A stretch of DNA of 64,000 bases, taken from positions 3,072,205 to 3,136,204 of the forward strand of contig OZ241971.1 of assembly GCA_965204155.1 (NCBI GenBank). Direction: 5' to 3'. This stretch comes from Candidatus Rariloculaceae bacterium (lineage in GTDB: Bacteria > Pseudomonadota > Gammaproteobacteria > Steroidobacterales > Rariloculaceae). This document shows, one piece after another, positions 19,618 through 28,067 of this stretch. The translations under genes and the position numbers were made by a program. Position 1 is the first letter of the stretch; each line of letters opens with the position of its first letter. Below the pieces are notes generated by a model. It was not told where the DNA came from, ran no database searches, and saw nothing but the letters and a program-made list of their open reading frames with translations.

Positions 19618-20120
19618 CACGTGAACCAGTACTGCTGATAGGGAATCATGCGGCCGGCGACGAGAATTGCGGTCCACAACAGCAACGTCAGGCCGCCGGC
19701 GAGTCGCGCCGCACGCGGGGGCACCGGATCATTGTCCCAATCGTCGATACTGCGGTGAACCGTGCGAAAGAACAGCCACACCGCGAGTCCGGCGAGCCCA
19801 AGCATCGCCATCTTGGCGCGGAAGAACAGGTTGACGAACTTGTCCGCGGGGGACGCATAGAACATCAACATCCCGCTGCCGGCCATGACCGCGAATCCCC
19901 CTGTCGTCCACGGGAGCAGGCGGGTCAGGACCTGCGACACGGGGACGCGGGACATGGAAATGCCAAGCAGGCGCAGGTCGACGAGGATCGCGGTGCCCAG
20001 GAACACGGCGAGCGTCAGGACGTGAGTGGCAAGAAAGGCGAGATAAGCGTAGTGGGACTCGCGCAAGGCCGTGCTGGCGGGGGTTGCCGCCAGCCACTCG
20101 AAGATTTCAAGCAGCGGCAC
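19617..20120 (-). CDS. Small polytopic membrane protein of unknown function (paralog A)
   Basis: 167 aa. MPLLEIFEWLAATPASTALRESHYAYLAFLATHVLTLAVFLGTAILVDLRLLG..., with 4 predicted TMs. Confidence 0.75.
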   Translation of the reverse strand: MPLLEIFEWLAATPASTALRESHYAYLAFLATHVLTLAVFLGTAILVDLRLLGISMSRVPVSQVLTRLLPWTTGGFAVMAGSGMLMFYASPADKFVNLFFRAKMAMLGLAGLAVWLFFRTVHRSIDDWDNDPVPPRAARLAGGLTLLLWTAILVAGRMIPYQQYWFT

Positions 20121-20171
20121 GGGACTGTCCGGAGAAGGGTCGGCAGCGCGCCGTACCGCCCCGCGAACCGG

Positions 20172-20603
20172 TCAGCGATCGCGTTCGGGCCTCGGCTGCC
20201 CGTCGGCGCCCGGCGCAGATCCTCCCATGAAGACCTTGCTGCCATCGAGATACTCGAAGAATACGGCTACGCCCTTGTTTTCGCCGCTCTTGGCCTGATA
20301 GGCGAAAACCTTGATCTCCGACCCCACCGGAAGCGTGTCCCGGGTGAGCCCGTTCCTGAAGAGGTTTACGGGCGGCCCACCCTCGAAACCCCAGTTGGTC
20401 ACGGTACCGTCCTCGTTGGTGACGTCCACCCAGAGCCATGAATGCGGGTTGGTCAACTCCACCTTTGTCACGACGCCCTGCATGTTGAGCGGAGCGTTCT
20501 CATCGTAGGCCGCTGCGAACGAGTGGTGCGCCGCTGCATGGCCCGATGCCAGCAGGCCGGCAACCACCAGGATCGTCAGGCCTGGCCAGAGTCGTTGTTT
20601 CAT
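20172..20603 (-). CDS. Secreted HH-module protein (stand-alone), unknown function
   Basis: ORF 20172..20705, trimmed to MKQRLWPGLTILVVAGLLASGHAAA|HHSFAAAYDENAPLNMQGVVTKVELTNPHSWLWVDV. An AxA cleavage site immediately precedes HH, and an NPH motif follows about 30 aa later. Confidence 0.8.
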   Translation of the reverse strand: MKQRLWPGLTILVVAGLLASGHAAAHHSFAAAYDENAPLNMQGVVTKVELTNPHSWLWVDVTNEDGTVTNWGFEGGPPVNLFRNGLTRDTLPVGSEIKVFAYQAKSGENKGVAVFFEYLDGSKVFMGGSAPGADGQPRPERDR

Positions 20604-20619
20604 TTTCTGCCCCCCGTCC

Positions 20620-21747
20620 CTACTCAGCCCGGGACGCCTCTTCCCGGGTGGCTTCATATTCTGCCGCGCGCACCCGCGCCCCCCTGAGCACGTTGATGAT
20701 GCCATAGTTCTGTTCGTGGCAGGCGAACTCGAACAACCCCGGAGGCTCCATCATCGGCCAGGGTACCTCGATGCTCCACGGCGCCTCCCAGGTGGTGGGG
20801 TCCGTCATTGTGGCCTCGTAGAGAATCGTGTCACCAGCTACGCGGGTCAGGCGTTCTTCCAGGTGAAGGTTGCCCGCGGAGCCGTCCCACTTGCGGCCAT
20901 CGTGAAAGTTGGTCGTTTCGATGACCAGTGTGTCGCCGTCCCAGCGGCCGCGGGACTCCCCGAGCCAGCTTCGCACGCTCGGCGGTGGCGGGGGCGCTTC
21001 GGCCAGGCGGATGATGCGCACGTCGCTGTTGGCCTGTGTGATGAGAATCACCGCCTCGGGCGTCTGAACGATCTGCGATTGCCCGGTGTTCTGCAGGAAC
21101 GGCACGCGTGGCGGCCCCTGGTTGCCCTGTATGCACCGCTCGTACAGCCCCCTGGACTCGAGCGTGTGCCGGCGCGCCTGCTGTTCCTGCCGGGCCTGTC
21201 CCTCGAGCGTCAGCGGCGGGACCCGGCCGTTCGGGGGATCCACAACGAGCGACGTGCGCAGGTTGGGGCGAATCGGGCTCTGCCAGTTGTCCATGCCGAA
21301 TTCGGTCCAGTCGTAGTGCACAGTCGCGGGGTCCACCGAGGCGTCCCGCGTCGCCCATCGGACAAAGGCGGTTATGGCTTCCTCTTCCGTGTACAGGAGT
21401 TTTCCGGCCAGGTCGGCAGGGCGTTCCAGGGGCACATAGGCCACATTCAGCCAATACCCGGTCAGGTCGGGATCGCCCCAGGACGTCCGCGGCGATGTCT
21501 CCCGCGGCGCGTTCGGATCCCAGATGCGGCTTGTGGCTTCCGCAATGAACGACTCGGCTTCCTCGCGGAAATAGGCGTAGGTCGATTCGGAGGTGTGCGG
21601 AGATGCGGCACGGGCGGCTTCAACCGTTTCCTCCGATTCCTGATTGATCAGGGCGGACGGCGGCGGTGACTGTGCACTCGCGGGCAATGCCGCCAGTGCG
21701 GCAGTCGCGACCGTCAGTGAATCCAGGAGGCGGGTTCCACCATTCAT
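20620..21747 (-). CDS. Secreted Cys-bracketed barrel-module protein (stand-alone, long N-terminal extension), unknown function
   Basis: 375 aa with signal peptide ...ALAALPASAQ. Motifs DLTGYW, ERCIQG...GESRGRWDGDTLVIETTNF...FEFACHE. Confidence 0.8.
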   Translation of the reverse strand: MNGGTRLLDSLTVATAALAALPASAQSPPPSALINQESEETVEAARAASPHTSESTYAYFREEAESFIAEATSRIWDPNAPRETSPRTSWGDPDLTGYWLNVAYVPLERPADLAGKLLYTEEEAITAFVRWATRDASVDPATVHYDWTEFGMDNWQSPIRPNLRTSLVVDPPNGRVPPLTLEGQARQEQQARRHTLESRGLYERCIQGNQGPPRVPFLQNTGQSQIVQTPEAVILITQANSDVRIIRLAEAPPPPPSVRSWLGESRGRWDGDTLVIETTNFHDGRKWDGSAGNLHLEERLTRVAGDTILYEATMTDPTTWEAPWSIEVPWPMMEPPGLFEFACHEQNYGIINVLRGARVRAAEYEATREEASRAE

Positions 21748-21770
21748 TTCAACGTACCCCCCTGTCTATC

Positions 21771-22646
21771 TTAATCGTTGGTGACGTCTTCGTCATAAAA
21801 GCCCAGCGGCCTGTACATCATCGGTTCGACGATGGGAATGCACTGAAATTCATGCAGCCGGGCGTCCGCCTCTACATGCCGGTAGAGCATGAAGCCGATG
21901 TTCCAGGGCCGCGTGAACACATTCTGATCCTCGATCGTGGCCTCATAGCGCATATGGTAGGGGCTGACGGGCGTCCATCGTTCGGTCACCCGCAGGGCGT
22001 CGCTGGCGAAGTTGCCTTCGCGGTCGAACCATGTGTGCTCGTTGAATCCCTGAACATCGACCACCAGCGTATTGCCCTCCCAGCGGCCGTTCGAGGTACC
22101 CATCCAGGACTGATCGTAAGCCGGGCGTTCCTCGTCCATGTAGATCGTGCGATATGCACCCTTGTACTCGTAGACGATCAGCACCTGTTCGGGCGTCTGA
22201 AATATCCGGAAGGGAAACGGCATGTAATTCGCCCGCGGCACTCCGGCGCGGAAACACTGCAGCTCCGGGTCGCCGGTGTCGAAGCGGCTGGGGTCGTTGG
22301 TGACGCTGACTACGGCCCTGTTCTCGTAGTTGCGTTGTTGTTCGGCGGCCGCCCATTCCTGGTAGGGCAGTTCATCGCCCTCGACAATACCCAGTCCCGC
22401 CCGCCCGGCGCCCCAGGCGCCGGTCACCTCCGCGAAGGGGCCCGGCTGCACGGAGTGGGACAGGATGTTCCAGTTGGCGGTCGTGAAGGACTGCCAGGTC
22501 CCGCTGATGTCGGGCGTGCCGTGCAGTGTTCGCGGCGGCGCGTAGTCGGGGAACGGTTCGTGGATCGGAGTCTGTGCTGCGGCAGCGCCGGGGAGGCACA
22601 AGATGAATATGCCGAGCTGCAGCGCGCCGGCTTTTTTGTTCTCCAA
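21771..22646 (-). CDS. Secreted Cys-bracketed barrel-module protein (stand-alone), unknown function
   Basis: ORF 21771..22700, whose track start is a TTG. I prefer the TTG at 22646, preceded by GGGAGG with an 8-nt spacer, which gives the signal peptide M-ENKKAGALQLGIFILCLPGAAAAQ. Motifs DISGTW, LQCFRAGVP...GTSNGRWEGNTLVVDVQGF...HEFQCIP. Confidence 0.75.
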   Translation of the reverse strand: MENKKAGALQLGIFILCLPGAAAAQTPIHEPFPDYAPPRTLHGTPDISGTWQSFTTANWNILSHSVQPGPFAEVTGAWGAGRAGLGIVEGDELPYQEWAAAEQQRNYENRAVVSVTNDPSRFDTGDPELQCFRAGVPRANYMPFPFRIFQTPEQVLIVYEYKGAYRTIYMDEERPAYDQSWMGTSNGRWEGNTLVVDVQGFNEHTWFDREGNFASDALRVTERWTPVSPYHMRYEATIEDQNVFTRPWNIGFMLYRHVEADARLHEFQCIPIVEPMMYRPLGFYDEDVTND

Positions 22647-22698
22647 GGTCCTGACCTCCCTTCCAGAGGGGACCCATTCTAGCGCGTTGCCTGCCCAC

Positions 22699-22729
22699 AA
22701 AAAAAACCCCGAGTGCAGAGCACCCGGGG
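22699..22729 (-). terminator. Rho-independent terminator after the TonB-box-repeat gene
   Basis: On the minus strand: CCCCGGGTGC-tct-GCACTCGGGG followed by TTTTTTTT. It begins 22 nt after the stop at 22751. Confidence 0.8.
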
Positions 22730-22750
22730 CTACAGGGGGTGGACGGGCTG

Positions 22751-23131
22751 CTAGCTGCGGTCGAGGAACGCGAGCCGCAGGGACATCAGCCGCGCCAGTC
22801 GCGCGTTACGCACGTCCTGCAGGCTGGCGGTAGCAACAACTTCCTCCGTGTACTCGGCCTCGGGAGTCTCGGCCGTGACGACGACTTCCTCCATGTAGAG
22901 GTGGGCCGGCGCCTTGGCCGTGACGACGATTTCCTCCATGTAGAGATGGGCGGGCGCCTTGGCGGTGACGACGATTTCCTCCATGTAAAGATGCGCCGGC
23001 GCTTCGGCGGTCGCGACGACTTCCTCCATGACGAATCCCTCATCCATCCAGGCCGGCGCACCCGCTGCGCCCGCGCTGTTCGCGCCGAGGAAAATCAGGG
23101 TTGCGATCGCTGCTGTCTTCGTCGTGTTCAT
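22751..23131 (-). CDS. Small secreted protein built of five 15-aa TonB-box-like repeats
   Basis: ORF 22751..23383, trimmed to the ATG at 23131 (GGGAG upstream). MNTTKTAAIATLIFLGANSAGAAGA is followed by MEEVVATAEAPAHLY / MEEIVVTAKAPAHLY x2 / MEEVVVTAETPEAEY / TEEVVATAS, then an amphipathic tail LQDVRNARLARLMSLRLAFL. Confidence 0.7.
   Translation of the reverse strand: MNTTKTAAIATLIFLGANSAGAAGAPAWMDEGFVMEEVVATAEAPAHLYMEEIVVTAKAPAHLYMEEIVVTAKAPAHLYMEEVVVTAETPEAEYTEEVVATASLQDVRNARLARLMSLRLAFLDRS
22829..23035. repeat. Tandem 45-bp coding repeat (about 4.5 copies)
   Basis: ttcctcc recurs at 22841, 22886, 22931, 22976 and 23021, an exact 45-nt period. The two central copies are nearly identical. 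Confidence 0.9.
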
Positions 23132-23367
23132 GGCTGGCTCCCGTGTTGTGTGGTGCAGTTCGAAGTTGTGGTCACTGTACGCGGTGGGGTCTGAAGTGTG
23201 CGTACAGAAGTCTGAAGAACCTTCAAGATTGTGAAAACAATTTCGAAGTTCGCCGCGATCATGCGCATTCTCAAGGCGAAACAAGCGCCATCGTGATGAC
23301 ATGTTCGGGTCTGCGACCATGGCAGGTACAATGTCCCGCCTGAAAGAGCGCAGTCGGTGGTCGTTCG

Positions 23368-24627
23368 ATGAAGAGGAACTCACTGGAACGATGTTTCCAG
23401 CGCGTGGTCGTCTCGGTCGCGGTGGTTATGGCAATCCTGCCCGCTGCGCACGCCCCGGCGCAGGATGACGTTGTCGTAGTCGGCGGGTCCGGATGGCACT
23501 GCGGGGAAGATCCCCAGTGTTTCAACCGCCTGCACCCTGATATTCCCATGGCTGCACGAGCTCTCCCCGGCCAGACGGTCCTTCTCAAGACCCGCAATTC
23601 CGCCGACCTGCAACTCGATCCCGACAGTACCTACGTGGACCCTCGCGATGCCGACCCGGTGCGCGGCACGGTGCACCCGCTGGCGGGTCCGGTCTACATC
23701 GAGGGTGCGGAACCGGGAGATGTGCTCGCGGTGACGATCCTCGACATCGACCCCGGGCCGTTCGGCGTCACGCGGATTACGCCCAACGCGTTCATCGGGG
23801 ACCGGATTCCGGGTCCGTTCAGCGTCACGTGGCGATTGAATCGCAGGGAAGCGGTATCCGATGCGTTGCCGGGTGTGCGTATCCCGAACGCGAGTTTCCC
23901 GGGAATTGTGACGGTATTGCCGGGGCCTGCGCAGCATGCCGCGGCTCTGGAGCGAGAGGCAGCGCTGGCCGCGGCAGGCGGCGCCGTGGGCCTGCCTCAG
24001 CCGATACACGCCTCGCCGGCCGAGATCTGCGGACCGCAAGGCAGCCGCCGCGACGATTGCCTGCGGACAGGTCCACCCCGGGAACACGGCGGAAACATGG
24101 ACATCCGCTACCTGGGCGTCGGCGTCACGGTCTATCTGCCCTGCTACGTGGAAGGATGCGGTCTGGGAGTCGGAGACATGCACTTTGCCCAGGGCGACGG
24201 TGAAGTCGCCGGCACGGCTATCGAGATGGACGCCGACGTGACGCTGACGACCGAGCTCATCGAGGACGGACCGGAGCTTCTTCGCGGTCCACACTATGAA
24301 GGTACTGTCCGCTTGATGGACGTGCCCTCAAGGCGCTTCTATGCAACCACCGGGTTACCGCTGAAGGCCGCAGGAGAAATTCCGCCGGACATGGCCTATC
24401 TCGAATCACCCAAAGCAGGAGAGCTCGAGAATCTCTCGAAGGACATCAGCCTTGCGGCCAGAAACGCCCTACTGGAAATGATCGACTACATGGTTGCGAA
24501 TCACGGTCTGACACCCGAGCAGGCCTACGTTGTTGCCAGCGTGGCAGTGGACCTTCGAATCGGCCAGCTGGTCGACGTGCCCAATGTCGGTGTCACTGCC
24601 ATTTTGCCGTTGGATATCTTTGACTAG
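23368..24627 (+). CDS. Secreted acetamidase/formamidase-family amidase (FmdA/AmdA-like)
   Basis: 419 aa with a signal peptide ending AHAPAQ. Family-typical GGNMDIRYLGVGVTVYLPCYVEGCGLGVGDMHFAQGDGEV. Confidence 0.85.
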   Translation: MKRNSLERCFQRVVVSVAVVMAILPAAHAPAQDDVVVVGGSGWHCGEDPQCFNRLHPDIPMAARALPGQTVLLKTRNSADLQLDPDSTYVDPRDADPVRGTVHPLAGPVYIEGAEPGDVLAVTILDIDPGPFGVTRITPNAFIGDRIPGPFSVTWRLNRREAVSDALPGVRIPNASFPGIVTVLPGPAQHAAALEREAALAAAGGAVGLPQPIHASPAEICGPQGSRRDDCLRTGPPREHGGNMDIRYLGVGVTVYLPCYVEGCGLGVGDMHFAQGDGEVAGTAIEMDADVTLTTELIEDGPELLRGPHYEGTVRLMDVPSRRFYATTGLPLKAAGEIPPDMAYLESPKAGELENLSKDISLAARNALLEMIDYMVANHGLTPEQAYVVASVAVDLRIGQLVDVPNVGVTAILPLDIFD

Positions 24628-24701
24628 TGGTTCCACCAACAAGTTTGCCGAGGAGATTTCACCGGGTCTTCGGATGGGTTTCAAGGAACGAAGTATTGAG
24701 A

Positions 24702-26759
24702 ATGGGACATAGGATTCACTTGCTGGTCGCAATGACGCTGTTCCCGGCGCTCGTCGGCGCGCAAGACGACCCGGCCGCAGGGGAGGGGCTGGAGGAGATC
24801 GTCGTGCTGGCCACTCGAATGAGCCGTCCGCTGGACTCGGTCCCCGCTGCGGTGAGTGTGGTGAGCCAGGACGAAATTCAACTGGGCCGCCAGCAACTGG
24901 GTCTTGACGAGGCGCTCACCCGGGTACCCGGGCTGTTCATGCAGAATCGCTACAATTTCGCCCAGGATCTGCGAGTTTCCATCCGCGGCTTCGGTGCCCG
25001 GTCGGCGTTCGGTATCCGCGGTGTCAAGATTCTCGTGGACGGCATTCCCGAGACGCTGCCCGACGGCCAGGGCCAGGTGGACAGCATCGACCTGGGCGCC
25101 GCGCAGCAGATCGAAGTGCTTCGCGGTCCAAGCTCGTCGTATTACGGTAATGCCTCCGGGGGTGTGATCAGCGTGACGTCGGAGCGAGGGCCGGAGACGC
25201 CGTTTGCCAATCTGCGCCTCACTGCAGGTGAGTACGGCGCACGGAAGTTCCAGGTCAAGACGGGCGGGCAGGCGGACCGCGTCAACTACTTCGTCAGCCT
25301 CTCCGACTCCGGGTTTGACGGGTACCGGGAACACAGCGAAACCGAGAATACGCAGTTGAGCGGGCGCCTCGAATTCGATCTTGGCGACCGTGGCACCCTG
25401 CTGGCGCTGGCCAACTATACGGACCAGCCGGTGTCGAACGATCCCGGCGGCATCAACCTCGCCCAGGCGCAGGCCGATCCGCGATCGGCCAGGGACCGCA
25501 ACCTGAGTTTCGTCGGGGGCGAGGCGCTGGAGCAGACTCGCGTCGGCTTCGTTTACTCGCTTCCCATGGGGGAGGGAAGCGAATTGCAGGTCCGCAACTA
25601 CTATGTATCCCGTGACTTTAGCAACCGGTTGCCCTTCTTCGGTGGAGGCTCGGTGGACCTGCAGCGATTCTTTGCAGGCGGCGGCATCAGCTATACCCAC
25701 GAAGGTAGCCTGGGAGACAGGCCCAATCGAGTCGTCGTGGGCCTGGACTACGACGACCAGGACGATCACCGGCGCCGGTTCAACAACAACATGGGCGTTC
25801 TCGGCGCCCTGACCCTGGATCAGGACGAGCACGTCACCAGTACCGGACTGTTCATCCAGGACGAACTCAGTATTGCGGACAATGTTCAACTCTCGTTCGG
25901 TCTGCGTTTCGATGAAGTGGAATTCGACGTCGGCGACCGGTTTCTGGGCAACGGCGACGATTCCGGCGTGCGCAGGCTGGACGATGTCAGCCCCATGATC
26001 GGCCTGACGGCCAACCTGTCGGCGGACATGACGGTATACGGAACGTACTCCACGTCATTCGAGACGCCGACCACGACCGAGTTTGCCAATCCGTCCGGCG
26101 CCGGCGGATTCAACCCCCTGCTGGAGCCTCAGGCGGCCACGAATCTGGAAGTCGGACTGCGGGGCGGTGTGGGCAGCCGCACGCGATACGAACTGGCCGT
26201 CTTCGACATCGACGTGGAAGACGAACTGATTCCCTACGAGATTCCCGGCAGCCCCGGAAGGGATTTCTTTGCCAATGCCGGACGCTCGAGCCGGACGGGC
26301 CTTGAAGCCACGCTGTCGTCCCGGCCCACGGACCGCATCGGCATCACGCTGAGTTATACCTACGCGGACTTCACGTTCGCGGAGTTTCTCGACGACAACG
26401 GCAACGACTATTCCGGCAACCGGATTCCCGGCACGGTCGAGCAACTGCTGTTTGCGGAACTGAGTTACCGTCATCCCGCCGGCTGGTTCGGCGCCCTGGA
26501 CGCGCTCCATGTGGGCGATCAGTTTGCGAACAACGCCAACACCGTCTCGGACGCTGCGTATACGCTCTCGAACCTGCGACTGGGATTCGACGCGAGCCGG
26601 GGCGGCGCTACATTTTCGCCCTTTGTCGGCGTCAACAACCTGTTCGACCAGAGCTACAACTCCAACATCCGGCTGAACGCATTCGGTCGCCGCTTCTATG
26701 AGCCGGGACCGGCGCGAAACGTATACGCCGGCGTTGCGGTGAACTTCGATTTGCGTTGA
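24702..26759 (+). CDS. TonB-dependent receptor (siderophore/small-substrate size class)
   Basis: ORF 24627..26759, trimmed to MGHRIHLLVAMTLFPALVGAQ. TonB box LEEIVVLATRM, plug motif IEVLRGPSSSYYGNASGGVISV, and a C-terminal ...AGVAVNFDLR barrel strand. Confidence 0.9.
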   Translation: MGHRIHLLVAMTLFPALVGAQDDPAAGEGLEEIVVLATRMSRPLDSVPAAVSVVSQDEIQLGRQQLGLDEALTRVPGLFMQNRYNFAQDLRVSIRGFGARSAFGIRGVKILVDGIPETLPDGQGQVDSIDLGAAQQIEVLRGPSSSYYGNASGGVISVTSERGPETPFANLRLTAGEYGARKFQVKTGGQADRVNYFVSLSDSGFDGYREHSETENTQLSGRLEFDLGDRGTLLALANYTDQPVSNDPGGINLAQAQADPRSARDRNLSFVGGEALEQTRVGFVYSLPMGEGSELQVRNYYVSRDFSNRLPFFGGGSVDLQRFFAGGGISYTHEGSLGDRPNRVVVGLDYDDQDDHRRRFNNNMGVLGALTLDQDEHVTSTGLFIQDELSIADNVQLSFGLRFDEVEFDVGDRFLGNGDDSGVRRLDDVSPMIGLTANLSADMTVYGTYSTSFETPTTTEFANPSGAGGFNPLLEPQAATNLEVGLRGGVGSRTRYELAVFDIDVEDELIPYEIPGSPGRDFFANAGRSSRTGLEATLSSRPTDRIGITLSYTYADFTFAEFLDDNGNDYSGNRIPGTVEQLLFAELSYRHPAGWFGALDALHVGDQFANNANTVSDAAYTLSNLRLGFDASRGGATFSPFVGVNNLFDQSYNSNIRLNAFGRRFYEPGPARNVYAGVAVNFDLR

Positions 26760-26798
26760 CGGTGCGCGTGGTCAGTCCACACTCATGACGGGCCGCAA

Positions 26799-28067
26799 AT
26801 GAAGATTCTCGCGGTCGGGGATATCCATCTCGGGCGCACGCCGTCGCGGTTGCCCGCCGAACTGGCTGCCCAGTCAAGGCGCTACGGACCAGCCACTGCC
26901 TGGGAGCGAGCGGTAGATGCGGCCCTGGAGGCCAGGGTCCGGGCCGTTTTGCTGGCGGGCGATGTGGTCGACAGGGACGACGACTTCTTCGAGGCCTATG
27001 GCCAACTGGCGCGGGGTGTAAGGCGACTTGCCGACGCGGACATCGGCGTCATCGGCGTGGCCGGCAACCACGACGTCGAGGTGTTGCCGCGGCTCGCCAA
27101 CGAGATTCCGGCATTCAGGCTGTTGGGCGCCGGCGGCAAGTGGGAGCACTGCGAGATCGCCGACGGCAGCGAATCCGTCACCATCTGGGGCTGGTCGTTC
27201 CCCCGGGCGAGAGTGATGGAGAGCCCCCTTCCGGATGGGCCCTTCGATCGCGCTTCCGGGCTCAATCTCGGCCTGCTGCACTGCGACCGGGGCGCGGGCG
27301 CCAGCCCCTACGCTCCGGTTACCGGACTGGAACTGGAGCGGGCCGGGCTTGACGGTTGGCTGCTCGGTCACATCCATGTCCCGGACGCGCTGACCGCCGC
27401 CTCCCCGAACGGTTACCTGGGAAGCCTCACTGGCCTGCATCGCCGCGAAACCGGCGCGCGCGGTCCCTGGCTCATCAGCGTCGGCAGAGGAACCATCGGG
27501 GAGGTTGAGCATCTCCCGCTTGCGCCCCTGCGCTGGCAACGCCTCGATGTCGATCTCGAAGGCATCTCCGATCCCGCCGACGCCAAGGGGCGGGTGTTGA
27601 ATGAGTTACGCGTGCTGGACGAGGCGCTTTCCGGCGCAAAGCATCGTCCCGACGCGGTGGGTCTCGGTATTCGTTTCTGCGGGCGCAGCCGCTTCGGCGC
27701 CGCTGCCGCCGCCGGGTTCTCCGACGAGGATCGGGAACGGGTCGACACCGGAACGGGCAGCATTCACTACTTCATCGAGTCCATTTTCTCTCAAGTTCGC
27801 CCAGAAATGGATCTGGAAAAGCTCGCCCAACGGGGGGATCCTCCCGGGCTGCTGGCTCAACGTCTCCTTTGGCTGAAGGAGCCCGAGGGCCACCCGGAAC
27901 GGGATCGTCTGATCGCCCTGGCCCGAGATCGTCTGAACGACGAATCGCGTGCCCCCAGGTGGAGCGGCCTGGGCGAGCCGATGGAACCCGATCCGGCGGA
28001 TTGGTTGGTCAGGGCCGGCTATCGCGCCCTGGAAAGATTGCTGGAGCAAGCGCCGGAACAGGATTGA
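26799..28067 (+). CDS. Calcineurin-like metallophosphoesterase, Mre11/SbcD/YhaO-like nuclease
   Basis: MKILAVGDIHLGR (motif I), LLAGDVVD (II), GVAGNHD (III), LLHCD, LLGHIHVP (V). The stop overlaps the start of the next gene (ATGA-type, 28065-28069). Confidence 0.85.
   Translation: MKILAVGDIHLGRTPSRLPAELAAQSRRYGPATAWERAVDAALEARVRAVLLAGDVVDRDDDFFEAYGQLARGVRRLADADIGVIGVAGNHDVEVLPRLANEIPAFRLLGAGGKWEHCEIADGSESVTIWGWSFPRARVMESPLPDGPFDRASGLNLGLLHCDRGAGASPYAPVTGLELERAGLDGWLLGHIHVPDALTAASPNGYLGSLTGLHRRETGARGPWLISVGRGTIGEVEHLPLAPLRWQRLDVDLEGISDPADAKGRVLNELRVLDEALSGAKHRPDAVGLGIRFCGRSRFGAAAAAGFSDEDRERVDTGTGSIHYFIESIFSQVRPEMDLEKLAQRGDPPGLLAQRLLWLKEPEGHPERDRLIALARDRLNDESRAPRWSGLGEPMEPDPADWLVRAGYRALERLLEQAPEQD

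Noticed and set aside
22829-23035. Tandem 45-bp repeats as a possible CRISPR array or non-coding satellite
   Set aside because: The units are contiguous with no spacers. The period is a multiple of three and in frame with an SD-preceded, terminator-followed ORF that has a signal peptide. No cas genes are present.
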